A DNA stretch of 32,000 nucleotides from assembly GCA_963927335.1 (NCBI GenBank), contig CAWVAJ010000011.1:19513-51512 (forward strand). Reading direction: 5' to 3'. Of this stretch, positions 1-11,187 are shown piece after piece. A program made the translations under genes and the position numbers. The notes below the pieces were generated by a model, which was not told the DNA's origin, did not search any database, and worked only from the letters and a program-made list of their open reading frames with translations. The first letter of the stretch is position 1. Every line of letters begins with the position of its first letter. The stretch is from an uncultured Lachnospiraceae bacterium (GTDB taxonomy: Bacteria > Bacillota > Clostridia > Lachnospirales > Lachnospiraceae).

Positions 1-1055
<1,055 letters not shown>

Positions 1056-4000
1056 TTATTCTTCGTCAAAAGTTTCTTCCAGCTCTAAAAGCACATCATC
1101 GTCTTCGCCGTCCGGCTCTTCCTGAACATCCACCAGCTCCTCGCCTTCAAATTCCTGCTGGCTGAACCCGTAGCGTCCGAAAGATTCCCGGTCGCCGCCG
1201 TACTTGCGGTCGCCTTCAATCACGGAGTGAAGATCCGTGTCGCCGTAATCAATGGTCTCCATAATCTCCACTTCTGTGTTGTCATCCCTGAGCACCCGCA
1301 CATCCAGTCCCAGAGACTGCAGTTCCTTCAAAAGTACCTTAAAGGACTCCGGAATACCCGGCTCCGGAATGTTGTCGCCTTTGATAATGGCCTCGTAGGT
1401 CTTCACACGTCCCACCACGTCGTCCGACTTCACCGTCAGAATCTCCTGGAGGGTGTAGGAAGCGCCGTAGGCCTCAAGAGCCCACACCTCCATTTCACCG
1501 AAACGCTGTCCGCCGAACTGCGCTTTTCCGCCCAGAGGCTGCTGCGTAACCAGGGAGTAAGGACCGGTAGAACGGGCATGGATCTTGTCGTCCACCAGGT
1601 GGTGGAGCTTCAGGTAATGCATGTGTCCAATGGTAACGGGACTGTCGAAATACTCTCCCGTCCGTCCGTCCCGCAAACGTACCTTTCCGTCTCTGGAAAT
1701 GGGAACGCCCTTCCAGAGTTTTCTGTGATCCCGGTTCTGGTACAGATAATCCATCACTTCAGGAAGCAGTTCTTCCTCATGTTTCGCCTTAAATTCTTCC
1801 CATTCCAGATTGACATAGTCATTGGCCAGATCCAGGGTATCCATAATGTCTTCCTCGTTGGCTCCGTCAAAGACCGGAGTGGAAACATTAAAGCCCAGAG
1901 CCTTGGCTGCCAGACTCAGATGGATCTCCAGCACCTGCCCGATGTTCATACGGGAAGGCACGCCCAGAGGATTCAGCACAATGTCAAGAGGACGGCCGTT
2001 GGGAAGGAAGGGCATATCCTCTACCGGCAGCACCCTGGAAACCACACCCTTGTTTCCGTGGCGGCCTGCCATCTTATCGCCCACAGAGATCTTTCTCTTC
2101 TGGGCGATGTAAATCCGCACGGCCTGGTTCACACCGGGAGAAAGCTCATCCCCGTTCTCTCTGGTAAATACTTTCGCGTCCACTACAATGCCGTATTCGC
2201 CGTGAGGCACTTTCAGGGACGTATCCCTTACCTCTCTGGCCTTCTCGCCGAAGATGGCTCTCAACAGCCGTTCTTCCGCGGTAAGCTCCGTCTCGCCCTT
2301 GGGCGTCACTTTGCCCACCAGAATATCGCCGGCTCTTACTTCCGCGCCGATCCGGATGATTCCTCTCTCGTCCAGATCCTTCAAAGCGTCGTCGCCCACG
2401 CCGGGCACGTCTCTGGTGATTTCTTCCGGTCCCAGCTTGGTATCTCTGGCTTCCGCCTCATATTCTTCGATATGAACGGAGGTATAGACGTCGTCCATCA
2501 CCAGACGCTCGCTGAGAAGAACGGCATCCTCGTAATTGTATCCCTCCCAGGTCATGAATCCGATCAGCGGATTCTTACCCAGGGCAATCTCACCGTTGGA
2601 GGTGGAAGGACCGTCCGCAATCACCTGGCCCGCCGTCACGCGCTCTCCTTTTACAACGATGGGGCGCTGGTTATAACAGTTGCTCTGATTGCTTCGGGTA
2701 AATTTCATAAGATGGTATTCATCTCTCTGACCATCGTCCCTGCGGACAATGATCTCCTTGGAAGCGGAGCGCTCCACCACGCCGTCATGCTTGGCAATGA
2801 CGCAGACGCCGGAGTCCACCGCCGTCTTCACTTCCATTCCGGTACCTACCACCGGAGCTTCCGTGGTCAGAAGCGGCACGGCCTGACGCTGCATGTTGGA
2901 ACCCATAAGGGCGCGGTTGGCGTCGTCGTTCTCCAGGAAGGGAATCAGAGCCGTAGCCACGGAAAATACCATCTTGGGGGACACGTCCATATAGTCGAAC
3001 AGGCTCCGCTCGTATGCCTGAGTCTCCTCCCGGTAGCGGCCGGATACATTTTTCTTAACGAAATGACCCTCCGCGTCCAGCGGCTCATTCGCCTGCGCCA
3101 CATGGTAATTGTCTTCCTCATCCGCGGTCATGTAGACAACCTCGTCCGTTACCCGCGGATTCTTGGGATCGGACTTGTCGATCTTCCGGTAAGGCGCTTC
3201 GATAAATCCGTATTCGTTGATCCTGGCGTACGTAGCCAGGGAGTTGATCAGTCCGATGTTGGGACCTTCCGGAGTCTCAATGGGGCACATTCTTCCGTAA
3301 TGGGAATAATGTACGTCACGCACCTCGAATCCTGCCCGGTCACGGGAAAGTCCGCCGGGACCCAGGGCGGAAAGACGGCGCTTGTGCGTCAGCTCTCCAA
3401 GAGGATTGTTCTGATCCATGAACTGAGACAGCTGGGAAGAGCCAAAGAACTCTTTTACCGCAGCGGTCACCGGCTTGATGTTGATCAGGGACTGGGGGCT
3501 GATCCCCTCGATCTCCTGGGTGGTCATACGCTCCCGGACCACTCGCTCCAGTCTGGAAAGTCCGATCCGGTACTGGTTCTGGAGAAGCTCTCCCACAGCG
3601 CGGATCCGGCGGTTGCCCAGATGGTCGATGTCGTCGTCCGTACCGATGCCGTACTCCAGATGAATGTTATAATTAATAGAAGCAAGAATGTCTTCCTTCG
3701 TAATGTGCTTGGGAATCAGCTCATGGACGGATTTGCGGATGGCCTCCCGGATTTCCTCCTCCGAGTCATTTTCTTCCAGTATTTTTTCCAGAACCGGGTA
3801 GTATACTAACTCCGTAATCCCAAGATCCCTGGGATTGCCCTCTACGTAATGGCGCAGATCCACCATCATGCTGGAGAGGACCTTCACGTCCCGCTCCTCC
3901 GTGTGAATCATCACGTAGGGAACGGCCGCGTTCTGAATCTCATCCGCCATCTCGCGGGTCAGCTCGGTCCCTGCCTCCGCAAGGATCTCGCCTGTGCTGG

Positions 4001-4901
4001 TGTCAACGACATCTTCCGCCAGGATGTGGCCGGCGATCCGGTTGCGCAGCATCAGCTTTTTGTTGAACTTGTATCTTCCCACCTTCGCCAGATCGTATCT
4101 GCGGGGATCGAAGAACATGCTCATAATCAGGCTCTCCGCGCTCTCCACCGCCAGAGGCTCGCCGGGACGGATCTTTTTGTATAATTCCAGAAGGCCCTCC
4201 TGATAGTTCTCGGACGTATCTTTTCCCAACGTCGCAAGAATCTTGGGCTCTTCTCCGAACAAATCTATAATCTCTGCATTAGAACCAATGCCCAGTGCGC
4301 GGATCAGAACGGTTACGGGAACCTTTCTGGTACGGTCCACACGGACATAGAAAACATCATTGGAGTCTGTCTCGTACTCCAGCCAGGCACCGCGGTTGGG
4401 GATCACCGTGCAGGAATACAGTCTCTTTCCCAGCTTGTCATGGGCAATGGCATAGTAGATACCAGGGGAACGAACAAGCTGGCTGACAATTACACGTTCC
4501 GCTCCATTGATCACAAAGGTGCCGTTCTCGGTCATCAGCGGCAGATCGCCCATAAAAATATCGTGCTCGCTGATCTCATCGTTTTCTTTATTATGGAGAC
4601 GGACTCTGACTTTAAGCGGAGCCGCGAACGTGGTGTCACGCTCCACACATTCTTCAATCGAGTACTTCACATCATCTTCGCATAGCTTGAAATCCACGAA
4701 TTCAAGGCTCAATTTCCCACTGTAATCTTCAATGGGGGAGATGTCATCAAAGACTTCTTTCATACCTTCATTCAGAAACCAATGATAAGAGTCCTTCTGA
4801 ACTTCAATAAGATTCGGCATCTCAAGAACCTCTTTCTGCCGTGAATAACTCATACGAAATCCTTTACCATTTGTAATAGGACGTATCCTGTTTTTCTCCA
4901 T
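1056..4901 (-). CDS. rpoB: DNA-directed RNA polymerase subunit beta
   Basis: 1281-aa ORF. N-terminus [36 protein letters not shown]. Rif-region-like [34 protein letters not shown]. Also NMQRQAVPL and [13 protein letters not shown]. Acidic C-terminal tail. Confidence 0.97.
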   Translation of the reverse strand: MEKNRIRPITNGKGFRMSYSRQKEVLEMPNLIEVQKDSYHWFLNEGMKEVFDDISPIEDYSGKLSLEFVDFKLCEDDVKYSIEECVERDTTFAAPLKVRVRLHNKENDEISEHDIFMGDLPLMTENGTFVINGAERVIVSQLVRSPGIYYAIAHDKLGKRLYSCTVIPNRGAWLEYETDSNDVFYVRVDRTRKVPVTVLIRALGIGSNAEIIDLFGEEPKILATLGKDTSENYQEGLLELYKKIRPGEPLAVESAESLIMSMFFDPRRYDLAKVGRYKFNKKLMLRNRIAGHILAEDVVDTSTGEILAEAGTELTREMADEIQNAAVPYVMIHTEERDVKVLSSMMVDLRHYVEGNPRDLGITELVYYPVLEKILEENDSEEEIREAIRKSVHELIPKHITKEDILASINYNIHLEYGIGTDDDIDHLGNRRIRAVGELLQNQYRIGLSRLERVVRERMTTQEIEGISPQSLINIKPVTAAVKEFFGSSQLSQFMDQNNPLGELTHKRRLSALGPGGLSRDRAGFEVRDVHYSHYGRMCPIETPEGPNIGLINSLATYARINEYGFIEAPYRKIDKSDPKNPRVTDEVVYMTADEEDNYHVAQANEPLDAEGHFVKKNVSGRYREETQAYERSLFDYMDVSPKMVFSVATALIPFLENDDANRALMGSNMQRQAVPLLTTEAPVVGTGMEVKTAVDSGVCVIAKHDGVVERSASKEIIVRRDDGQRDEYHLMKFTRSNQSNCYNQRPIVVKGERVTAGQVIADGPSTSNGEIALGKNPLIGFMTWEGYNYEDAVLLSERLVMDDVYTSVHIEEYEAEARDTKLGPEEITRDVPGVGDDALKDLDERGIIRIGAEVRAGDILVGKVTPKGETELTAEERLLRAIFGEKAREVRDTSLKVPHGEYGIVVDAKVFTRENGDELSPGVNQAVRIYIAQKRKISVGDKMAGRHGNKGVVSRVLPVEDMPFLPNGRPLDIVLNPLGVPSRMNIGQVLEIHLSLAAKALGFNVSTPVFDGANEEDIMDTLDLANDYVNLEWEEFKAKHEEELLPEVMDYLYQNRDHRKLWKGVPISRDGKVRLRDGRTGEYFDSPVTIGHMHYLKLHHLVDDKIHARSTGPYSLVTQQPLGGKAQFGGQRFGEMEVWALEAYGASYTLQEILTVKSDDVVGRVKTYEAIIKGDNIPEPGIPESFKVLLKELQSLGLDVRVLRDDNTEVEIMETIDYGDTDLHSVIEGDRKYGGDRESFGRYGFSQQEFEGEELVDVQEEPDGEDDDVLLELEETFDEE

Positions 4902-4993
4902 TGATGTTTCACCTCTGTTCTTTCTGCAGTCTGAGTCAACTTTTGGGCATAGTTATACCAATAGGTATAATCCCGCACAATAGTGCAACCTAC

Positions 4994-5022
4994 ATGATAC
5001 CACAATAGCAAGGCCAAGTCAA
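4994..5022 (-). promoter_or_regulatory. Putative sigma-A promoter for rpoBC inside the rplL-rpoB spacer
   Basis: Minus strand reads TTGACT (5017-5022), a 17-nt spacer ending in TGg, then TATCAT (4994-4999). This is about 90 nt upstream of the rpoB ATG. Confidence 0.5.
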
Positions 5023-5058
5023 CGCTTTTTTACGCGAAACCGGCCGCGTTTTTTCGGA

Positions 5059-5101
5059 ACAACAAACAGGGCGGAGCCTGCTTCTTCGCACGCTCCGCCC
5101 C
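5059..5101 (-). terminator. Intrinsic terminator/attenuator after rplL
   Basis: Minus-strand hairpin GGGCGGAGC..loop..GCTCCGCCC (5069-5077 pairs with 5092-5100), followed by TGTTTGTTGTT. Confidence 0.6.
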
Positions 5102-5129
5102 GACTTCAAAATCAACTTCTGTTTTTAAA

Positions 5130-5507
5130 TTATTTCAGAGTAACCTTTGCTCCCTCTGCTTCCAGCTTGGTCTTCAGCTCTTCTGCCTCCGCCTTGGAAA
5201 CGCCCTCTTTGATCACCTTGGGAGCGCCGTCTACTACGTCCTTCGCCTCTTTCAGGCCAAGTCCGGTCACTTCACGAACCACCTTGATTACCTTAACCTT
5301 GGAAGGTCCAACATCGGTCAGCTCTACATCGAACTCATCCTTCTCCTCAGCCGCCTCAGCTGCGCCGGCGCCAGCCGCTGCAACTACAACGCCTGCTGCC
5401 GCAGATACGCCGAACTCTTCCTCGCAGGCCTTAACCAGCTCGTTCAGCTCTAATACAGATAACTCTTTAATCGCTTCAATAAATTCAGCAGTTGTCAATT
5501 TTGCCAT
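5130..5507 (-). CDS. rplL: 50S ribosomal protein L7/L12
   Basis: 125 aa. [34 protein letters not shown], an Ala-rich hinge, then [54 protein letters not shown]. Confidence 0.97.
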   Translation of the reverse strand: MAKLTTAEFIEAIKELSVLELNELVKACEEEFGVSAAAGVVVAAAGAGAAEAAEEKDEFDVELTDVGPSKVKVIKVVREVTGLGLKEAKDVVDGAPKVIKEGVSKAEAEELKTKLEAEGAKVTLK

Positions 5508-5580
5508 TTTACGTTCCTCCTATTATTCTTAAATATGGAAATTCTCTTTGTTCTTTCTGTATCCCAGATCAGAAATACGA

Positions 5581-6069
5581 TTACTCCGCTTTCGCTTCCG
5601 CAACCTGATTCAGTACGCGGGCAAGGTTTGCGATCGGAGACTGAATGCTTCCAAGCAGCTTGCCAAGAAGCTCTTCTCTTGAAGGTACAGCCGCAAGAGC
5701 CGCAACTCCCTTCGCGTCGTAGTAGCTGCCTTCCACCACTCCGGCGATCATCTTCAGCGTGGGCGCCTGCTTCGCGTATTTGGAAATAATTCTCGCGGGA
5801 GCCGTAGCGTCCGTCTTGGAAATCGCGATCGCGTTGGGTCCTTCCAGATGCTTGGATAAAGCTTCACAGTCTGTGTCCTTGAACGCGAAGTTCATCATTG
5901 TGTTCTTGTATACCTTGTAGGTGATGCCGGCTTCTCTCAGTTCTTTACGAAGCTGGGTATCCGCCTCCACTGTAATACCACAATATTGAACCAGAATCAC
6001 AGACTCGGCATCTTTAATGTTCTCGGAAATCTCCGCAACCACCGGCTTTTTCAGTTCAACTTTTGCCAT
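5581..6069 (-). CDS. rplJ: 50S ribosomal protein L10
   Basis: The ORF-track entry 5581..6213 is over-extended. The likely start is the ATG at 6067-6069 (MAKVELKKPVVAEISENIKDAES), preceded by an AAGGAGG RBS. Position upstream of rplL fits. Confidence 0.93.
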   Translation of the reverse strand: MAKVELKKPVVAEISENIKDAESVILVQYCGITVEADTQLRKELREAGITYKVYKNTMMNFAFKDTDCEALSKHLEGPNAIAISKTDATAPARIISKYAKQAPTLKMIAGVVEGSYYDAKGVAALAAVPSREELLGKLLGSIQSPIANLARVLNQVAEAKAE

Positions 6070-6234
6070 GAAATGGTACACCTCCTTATAGATTTTGTGC
6101 GCCGCCAGACAAATACGAAAAAGAAAATTCCTCCGCAAAGGCAGAGGAATCCAAAATTCTCCTGTAGAATTTGTACTCCTCGGCAGGCGGATTCTCCTTA
6201 CGCCATTCGGCACCTGCTGTCTTTGGCAGTCATC
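6070..6234 (-). promoter_or_regulatory. L10 (rplJ) leader-type 5' UTR with attenuator hairpin
   Basis: A roughly 165-nt untranslated leader lies between the promoter and rplJ. On the minus strand, hairpin ATTCCTC-N10-GAGGAAT (6127-6150) is followed by TTTCTTTTT. This matches the L10(L12)4-controlled leader known in Firmicutes. The family assignment is by position and architecture, not by a covariance model. Confidence 0.5.
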
Positions 6235-6240
6235 CTGTTT

Positions 6241-6269
6241 AAAATATCATATCGTCTTTCGCTTGTCAA
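6241..6269 (-). promoter_or_regulatory. Putative promoter for rplJL
   Basis: Minus strand: TTGACA (6264-6269), 17 nt, TATTTT (6241-6246). The -10 is weak. Confidence 0.4.
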
Positions 6270-6270
6270 G

Positions 6271-6307
6271 AAAAAAATTGCCGGGAGCGAATGTTTCCGC
6301 CCCCGGC
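6271..6307 (-). terminator. Intrinsic terminator after rplA
   Basis: Minus strand: GCCGGGGGCG..loop..CGCTCCCGGC (6280-6289 pairs with 6298-6307), followed by AATTTTTTT. Confidence 0.65.
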
Positions 6308-6340
6308 CGCAAAGCTGATGTCCCGACGGATGGCCGTCTC

Positions 6341-7033
6341 TTATACCAGCTTCAGTGTGTTCAGTTTTACGCCCGGTCCCATGGTCGGCGCAATGGTCAC
6401 GCTTCTCAAATACTGACCCTTTACCGCCGCCGGTCTGGCTTTATTAATTGCTTCAATAAGCGTCTGGAAGTTGTCGGTTAACTGCTCCTCTGTGAAAGAA
6501 GCTTTTCCAATTGGCACGTGGATAATGTTTGTCTTGTCCAATCTGTATTCAATCTTACCGGCTTTGATATCGTTTACCGCTTTGGTCACATCCATGGTAA
6601 CGGTGCCTGCCTTGGGGTTGGGCATCAGGCCCTTGGGTCCAAGGATACGGCCCAGACGTCCTACTACGCCCATCATGTCCGGGGTAGCTACTACTACGTC
6701 GAAATCCAGCCATCCTTCGTTCTGGATCTTGGGAAGAAGCTCTTCCGCTCCCACGTACTCAGCGCCTGCCGCCTTCGCCTCGTCCGCCTTGGCGTTCTTG
6801 GCAAACACAAGCACGCGAACCTTCTTGCCGGTTCCGTGAGGAAGCACAACCGCTCCACGGATCTGCTGGTCTGCGTGACGTCCGTCGCAGCCTGTTCTGA
6901 TATGAACTTCGATTGTCTCGTCAAATTTTGCTACCGCTGACTTCTTCGCCAGCGCGATTGCGTCTTTTACATCGTAGAGGGTAGCGCGGTCAATGGCCTT
7001 TGCTGCCTCTGCGTATCTTTTTCCTCTTTTCAT
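6341..7033 (-). CDS. rplA: 50S ribosomal protein L1
   Basis: 230 aa. [68 protein letters not shown]. Confidence 0.97.
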   Translation of the reverse strand: MKRGKRYAEAAKAIDRATLYDVKDAIALAKKSAVAKFDETIEVHIRTGCDGRHADQQIRGAVVLPHGTGKKVRVLVFAKNAKADEAKAAGAEYVGAEELLPKIQNEGWLDFDVVVATPDMMGVVGRLGRILGPKGLMPNPKAGTVTMDVTKAVNDIKAGKIEYRLDKTNIIHVPIGKASFTEEQLTDNFQTLIEAINKARPAAVKGQYLRSVTIAPTMGPGVKLNTLKLV

Positions 7034-7116
7034 ATTAAATAACCTCCTGGTGGTATTTGCGGGAATATCCCTCCCACTTTGTTCGTCCGTTTACGTTCTG
7101 TCTCACTGTGTCTCCA

Positions 7117-7542
7117 TCAGTCTTCCACAGTGATGCCCATGCTGCGGGCCGTTCCCGCGATCATGCTCATAGCCGCTTCTACGCTGCCGGCATTGAGATC
7201 CGGCATCTTCATCTCGGCGATCTCGCGGATCTTATCCTTGGAGATGGTAGCTACCTTCGTCTTGTTGGGAACGCCGGAACCTGACTTCAGGTTGCAGGCC
7301 TTCTTCAGAAGCACTGCCGCAGGCGGAGTCTTGGTGATGAAGCTGAAGCTTCTGTCCGCGTATACGGTGATCACAACCGGGATGATCAGATCTCCCTTGT
7401 CCGCGGTTCTCGCGTTAAACTCCTTTGTAAACTGAACAATATTCACGCCGTGCTGACCGAGGGCCGGTCCAACAGGCGGAGCTGGTGTCGCTTTCCCAGC
7501 AGGAATCTGTAATTTAATATAACCTGTTACTTTTTTTGCCAT
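7117..7542 (-). CDS. rplK: 50S ribosomal protein L11
   Basis: The track ORF 7117..7593 is over-extended. The likely start is the ATG at 7540-7542 ([35 protein letters not shown]) with a TAGGAGGTG RBS. 141 aa. Confidence 0.95.
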   Translation of the reverse strand: MAKKVTGYIKLQIPAGKATPAPPVGPALGQHGVNIVQFTKEFNARTADKGDLIIPVVITVYADRSFSFITKTPPAAVLLKKACNLKSGSGVPNKTKVATISKDKIREIAEMKMPDLNAGSVEAAMSMIAGTARSMGITVED

Positions 7543-7617
7543 GTCAAGGCACCTCCTATGTGGTAATGTCGGGAGCTCTTTCTTCCCTCCCACGCCGGCT
7601 TGCGCCGGGATTCTCTG

Positions 7618-8133
7618 TTACATTTTTCTGATATCTGTGAAACTGATCTCAACCGGTGTTTCACGTCCAAACAGTTCAACATTGATTGTAACGCTCTTCT
7701 TGTTCTGGTTCATAGACTGAATCACGCCCACGGTATCCTTCCAGACACCGCCGATGACCGTAACCATGTCTCCTTCCGCGAAATCCACTTCGATGTTGGC
7801 TGCCTGAATACCAAGATTAAACATCTCCGCTTCGGTAAGGGGTACCGGCTTGGATCCAGGTCCGACGAACCCCGTCACGCCCCGTGTATTGCGCACAACG
7901 TACCAGGTATCGTCATTCATCACCATATTGAGCAGAACGTAGCCCGGAAACATCTTTTTCTGGACCGTCTTCTTTACGCCATTCTTCACTTCCACCACTT
8001 CCTGAAGGGGTACCCGTACTTCCAGGATCTGATCCTCCAGGTGGCGGTTCTCAATGGTCTTCTCAATATTGGCTTTTACCTTGTTCTCATACCCGGAATA
8101 AGTATGAACTACATACCAGTTCGCATCTGCCAT
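7618..8133 (-). CDS. nusG: Transcription termination/antitermination factor NusG
   Basis: 171 aa. NWYVVHTYSGYENKVKANIE (NGN domain) and a C-terminal KOW (GDMVTVIGGVWKDTVGVI). Position between secE and rplK fits. Confidence 0.95.
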   Translation of the reverse strand: MADANWYVVHTYSGYENKVKANIEKTIENRHLEDQILEVRVPLQEVVEVKNGVKKTVQKKMFPGYVLLNMVMNDDTWYVVRNTRGVTGFVGPGSKPVPLTEAEMFNLGIQAANIEVDFAEGDMVTVIGGVWKDTVGVIQSMNQNKKSVTINVELFGRETPVEISFTDIRKM

Positions 8134-8158
8134 ACAATCACCTATGTCCTTACTCGCC

Positions 8159-8392
8159 TTAGAAACGGATGTTTACCAGAATATCCACACCGTACTGGAA
8201 AATGAAATCCAAAACAGCGATCATCACTCCCAGCACAATCGAAACAGCAACAACGGCTCCTGTCTGCTTCGCCAGTGATTTACGGTCCGGCCAGATAATC
8301 TTCTTAAACTCGGACTTCAGGCCTTCAAACCAGCTTTTCTTTGAACCCTTCTGGGGTTTCTCAGCCTTAGCGGCTTTTTCAGCTTTTACCAT
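8159..8392 (-). CDS. secE: Preprotein translocase subunit SecE
   Basis: 77 aa. Lys-rich N-terminus, then EFKKIIWPDRKSLAKQTGAVVAVSIVLGVMIAVLD (single TM). Conserved position between rpmG and nusG. Confidence 0.85.
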   Translation of the reverse strand: MVKAEKAAKAEKPQKGSKKSWFEGLKSEFKKIIWPDRKSLAKQTGAVVAVSIVLGVMIAVLDFIFQYGVDILVNIRF

Positions 8393-8420
8393 ATCTTCAC
8401 TTCCTCTGCACAGCGGCCGA

Positions 8421-8570
8421 TTACTTGGTTTCTTTGTGTAATGTGTGTTTCCTGCAGAAACGGCAGTATTTCTTCGTCTCCATTCTGTCAGGATGGGTCT
8501 TCTTGTCCTTCGTCATGTTGTAATTCCGCTGCTTACAATCCGTACATGCCAATGTAATTCTAACGCGCAC
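8421..8570 (-). CDS. rpmG: 50S ribosomal protein L33
   Basis: Not in the ORF track (49 aa, GTG start at 8568-8570). Translation: (M)[48 protein letters not shown]. It has two CxxC pairs typical of zinc-type L33. RBS is GAGGTGGAAGTT. Confidence 0.85.
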   Translation of the reverse strand: MRVRITLACTDCKQRNYNMTKDKKTHPDRMETKKYCRFCRKHTLHKETK

Positions 8571-8640
8571 AACTTCCACCTCGCTCTCATTCTTTTAATT
8601 TTTAGGCACAAAAAAAAAGCCTGCTTCCATACGCTCGTCT

Positions 8641-8670
8641 AGCATACCACAGGTATGCCGGATGCGTCAA
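8641..8670 (-). promoter_or_regulatory. Putative promoter for rpmG-secE-nusG
   Basis: Minus strand: TTGACG (8665-8670), 18 nt ending in TGg, TATGCT (8641-8646). Confidence 0.5.
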
Positions 8671-8767
8671 GGGCTTTTTTGCGCCGGGCGTCTCCCGGCC
8701 GTCTCAGGACGGTTCCGCCGCGGCCCTCCAGGCGAAGCGGCGTCCCGGCAGGATCCGCCGGGCCTCT

Positions 8768-9250
8768 CTACAGATAATGAATCTTGTATCTGGCGATCCC
8801 GTCCTCCCCGATCTCCATCATAATATAGCTGGGGCGGCGCCCCTCCTGTCTGGGAAAGGACAGGCTTCCGGGATTCAGTATGGTAAGCTCCGGATCCTCC
8901 TGGTCGATGAAGGGCCTGTGCGTATGGCCGAACATCACCACGTTGCATCCGTTGGCCTTGGCGTCCTCCACCAGATCCCTGGTACCCACGGAAACGTAAT
9001 AATAATGCCCGTGCGTCATCATAATCCGGTACCCGCCGATCTCCACGATGTCCACCTTGGGAAGATGGGAAAAGAAATCACAGTTCCCGGCTACGATGTG
9101 CAGGGGGCAGGTGATAATCTCGCGGATGTAATCCTCTCCGCCCTCCGAATCTCCCAGATGGATCACATGATCCGGCATGGGCATCTGCGACAGTATCAGC
9201 TCCAGGTTTTCCTCCCGTCCATGGGTATCGCTTACAACCAGAATCCTCAT
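8768..9250 (-). CDS. Metallophosphoesterase, MJ0936/YsnB family
   Basis: 160 aa. MRILVVSDTHG..HLGD..GNCD..THGH..GHTH motifs. Directly downstream of rdgB, as in the Bacillus ysnA-ysnB pair. Confidence 0.85.
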   Translation of the reverse strand: MRILVVSDTHGREENLELILSQMPMPDHVIHLGDSEGGEDYIREIITCPLHIVAGNCDFFSHLPKVDIVEIGGYRIMMTHGHYYYVSVGTRDLVEDAKANGCNVVMFGHTHRPFIDQEDPELTILNPGSLSFPRQEGRRPSYIMMEIGEDGIARYKIHYL

Positions 9251-9270
9251 CTTTATCCTTCACCATTCCC

Positions 9271-9864
9271 TCATAATATTTTCGCAAGCTGCTCCTTCAT
9301 CCGGCGAAGGGCCTTGCCTCTGTGACTCAGTTCGTTCTTCTGTTCCGGAGAGATCTCCGCAGAAGTGCATTTTAATTCCGGCAGATAAAAAATCGGGTCA
9401 TAGCCAAAGCCATTGGCTCCTTTGATGTCATGGGCGATAACGCCCTCCATGGTTCCCCGGCTGGTAAAGATCCGTCCGTCCGGGAACGCGCAGGCAATGC
9501 TGCAGACGAATCTGGCTGTGCGCTTCTCCTCCGGCACGCCTTCCAGCTTCTCAAGAAGCGCCCGGTTCTTGATCTCATAGGAAGTATCCTCCCCCATGTA
9601 GCGGGCGGAATAAATTCCCGGCGCGCCTCCCAGCCAGTCGATCTCCAGGCCGGAGTCGTCCGCCATGGCAGGCTCGCCGGTCAGCTCCATCACCGTCCGG
9701 GCCTTAATCACGGCATTCTCTTCAAATGAATTTCCATCCTCCACAATCCTGGCCTCTACCCCCGCTTCCTTCATGGAAACCACCGGAAGCGGAAGATCCG
9801 CTAAAATCATGCGGATTTCTTTCATCTTGCCCGGATTGCCCGTCGCAAATATAATTCGTTTCAT
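9271..9864 (-). CDS. rdgB: Non-canonical purine NTP pyrophosphatase (XTP/dITP diphosphatase, RdgB/HAM1)
   Basis: 197 aa. IIFATGNPGKMKEI..DDSGLEIDWLGGAPGIYSARY..FGYDPIF..ELSHRGKAL. Confidence 0.9.
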   Translation of the reverse strand: MKRIIFATGNPGKMKEIRMILADLPLPVVSMKEAGVEARIVEDGNSFEENAVIKARTVMELTGEPAMADDSGLEIDWLGGAPGIYSARYMGEDTSYEIKNRALLEKLEGVPEEKRTARFVCSIACAFPDGRIFTSRGTMEGVIAHDIKGANGFGYDPIFYLPELKCTSAEISPEQKNELSHRGKALRRMKEQLAKIL

Positions 9865-9894
9865 AATGGATCCCTTATTTCTCTATAATAGGTC

Positions 9895-9924
9895 ATTATA
9901 GCACACGGTCTGTTTTTCTGTAAA
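9895..9924 (-). promoter_or_regulatory. Putative promoter for the rdgB-phosphoesterase pair
   Basis: Minus strand: TTTACA (9919-9924), 18 nt ending in TGc, TATAAT (9895-9900). This is an extended -10. Confidence 0.6.
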
Positions 9925-9930
9925 TATTTT

Positions 9931-11187
9931 TTATGAAGTAAACGCCTTCAGACAGACATTGCTCCCGTAATTCGTTTCCGTCTGTTCCCAGCGCTCCCCG
10001 TCCGGACTGAGATACCCTTCCTTCCCCTCCAGCTCTACGCCCTGGGAGTATTCGTCCGCCCGGTATTCCACCGCCACCGGAGACGCTTCCCCCGGCGTAA
10101 TGATTTTCACCGCCACCGCGAAGCGCTCCCCTTTCTTCAGTTCCCTGGGCTCCTTTACGTTTACCGTGTAGTAGCCGGCCTGCTCAAAGGAACCGGCCTG
10201 CAGCAGGATCCTGTTTTCAAAGGAATCCGGGCCCTCAAAGTCCCGGATCAGATACAGCTCATAGGATGTATCCTTCCCCACGGCATAAAACCCCAGCGCC
10301 TCCAATCTTTCGTCCGCTTCCGCCGTATAGACATTGGAAAACCAGCAGGTTTCCCTGCCATACCCCTGCTGCCCCAGCCACCCGTACGTATCGTTCTGAT
10401 AAATCTTTTTATAATTGTCCCAGGCCTCTACCCCGGTATACGCAAGCCCGTTCCCGACAAGGTTCGCGTCTTCATAGGAGACATAAAAAATCCCGTCCTC
10501 ACCGAACTCCTCTCCCCAGGTGTTCAGGCAGAGAAACGCTCCGTCGCTTCCCGGATCCTGGGCAAAGGCTTCCCTGGGAAAGGCGTCGTCCCAGCCCACA
10601 AGCAGCACGTCGTGGTCTTCTTCCCGCTCCTGGGGGCAGTAGTACGCGGCAGTGGACGCGTTGTAATATCCCGCCTCCGCCGAGGTGGATTCCAGGTTCA
10701 TGTAAAGCGAAGTCTGAACCCCGCCGCATTCCAGAATCTTCTTTTTAAAGACGTCCCGTTCCTCCCCCAGCAGCATCTGGATCTCCTGGACATGGACCGC
10801 CGGGGAAAGCCCCTCTGGAGAAACGCCGTCCCCGTCAGGATCCTCCTCCTCGGTCACCGGCCCGAACCAGCTGCTAAGATAGGCCATCAGCATCACATAG
10901 TCGCCGCCCTCCCGCAGGCCGGAAGAATAAGCGTCCCGCAGCGCCATATGTTCTCCCGAAAAGACCAGGGATTCCTCCGGAAGCAGGGCAGCCTCCAGGG
11001 CGGAAGCCGCGGTAAGCGCCCAGCACGTTCCCGCGCTCCCCTGGCTCCTCACCACGGGCTTTCTCCCCTGGCTTTCGCTGTTCCAGCTGGCGGGAAGCGG
11101 CGCGTCCGGTTCGCCGGCGAAAGCCAGCCCCCCAAGCCCCAAAGACAGGCCCGCCGCCCAAAGGAAAATACGTTTACTCTTTTTCAA
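9931..11187 (-). CDS. Secreted papain-like (C1 family) cysteine peptidase with C-terminal beta-rich domain
   Basis: 418 aa. Signal peptide KKSKRIFLWAAGLSLGLGGLAFAG. Catalytic Cys context QGSAGTCWALTAASALE, His context HDVLLVGWDD, and NTWGEEFGEDGIFYVSYED. It starts at TTG (11185-11187), overlapping the TGA of the upstream gene. A GGGGGGAGA RBS precedes it. Confidence 0.8.
   Translation of the reverse strand: MKKSKRIFLWAAGLSLGLGGLAFAGEPDAPLPASWNSESQGRKPVVRSQGSAGTCWALTAASALEAALLPEESLVFSGEHMALRDAYSSGLREGGDYVMLMAYLSSWFGPVTEEEDPDGDGVSPEGLSPAVHVQEIQMLLGEERDVFKKKILECGGVQTSLYMNLESTSAEAGYYNASTAAYYCPQEREEDHDVLLVGWDDAFPREAFAQDPGSDGAFLCLNTWGEEFGEDGIFYVSYEDANLVGNGLAYTGVEAWDNYKKIYQNDTYGWLGQQGYGRETCWFSNVYTAEADERLEALGFYAVGKDTSYELYLIRDFEGPDSFENRILLQAGSFEQAGYYTVNVKEPRELKKGERFAVAVKIITPGEASPVAVEYRADEYSQGVELEGKEGYLSPDGERWEQTETNYGSNVCLKAFTS

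Noticed and set aside
1227-3809. 860-aa plus-strand ORF, plus several 60-110-aa ORFs on the plus strand between 1822 and 4725
   Set aside because: They lie entirely antisense to rpoB. The composition is low-complexity and R/H/G/L-rich, typical of the shadow frame of a GC-rich, strongly codon-biased gene. There is no RBS and no recognisable motif.
7034-7617. GGGAG-containing hairpins in the nusG-rplK and rplK-rplA spacers as L1-binding autoregulatory sites
   Set aside because: This is plausible from known L1 autoregulation, but I cannot verify the rRNA-mimic structure by eye. It is not reported as a feature.
8667-11161. GC-rich R/G/P-rich ORFs: 8667..8948, 9078..9287, 9372..9578, 10266..10748, 10499..10729, 10612..11238 and 10874..11161
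   Set aside because: They are off-frame or antisense shadows of the phosphoesterase, rdgB and C1 peptidase genes.
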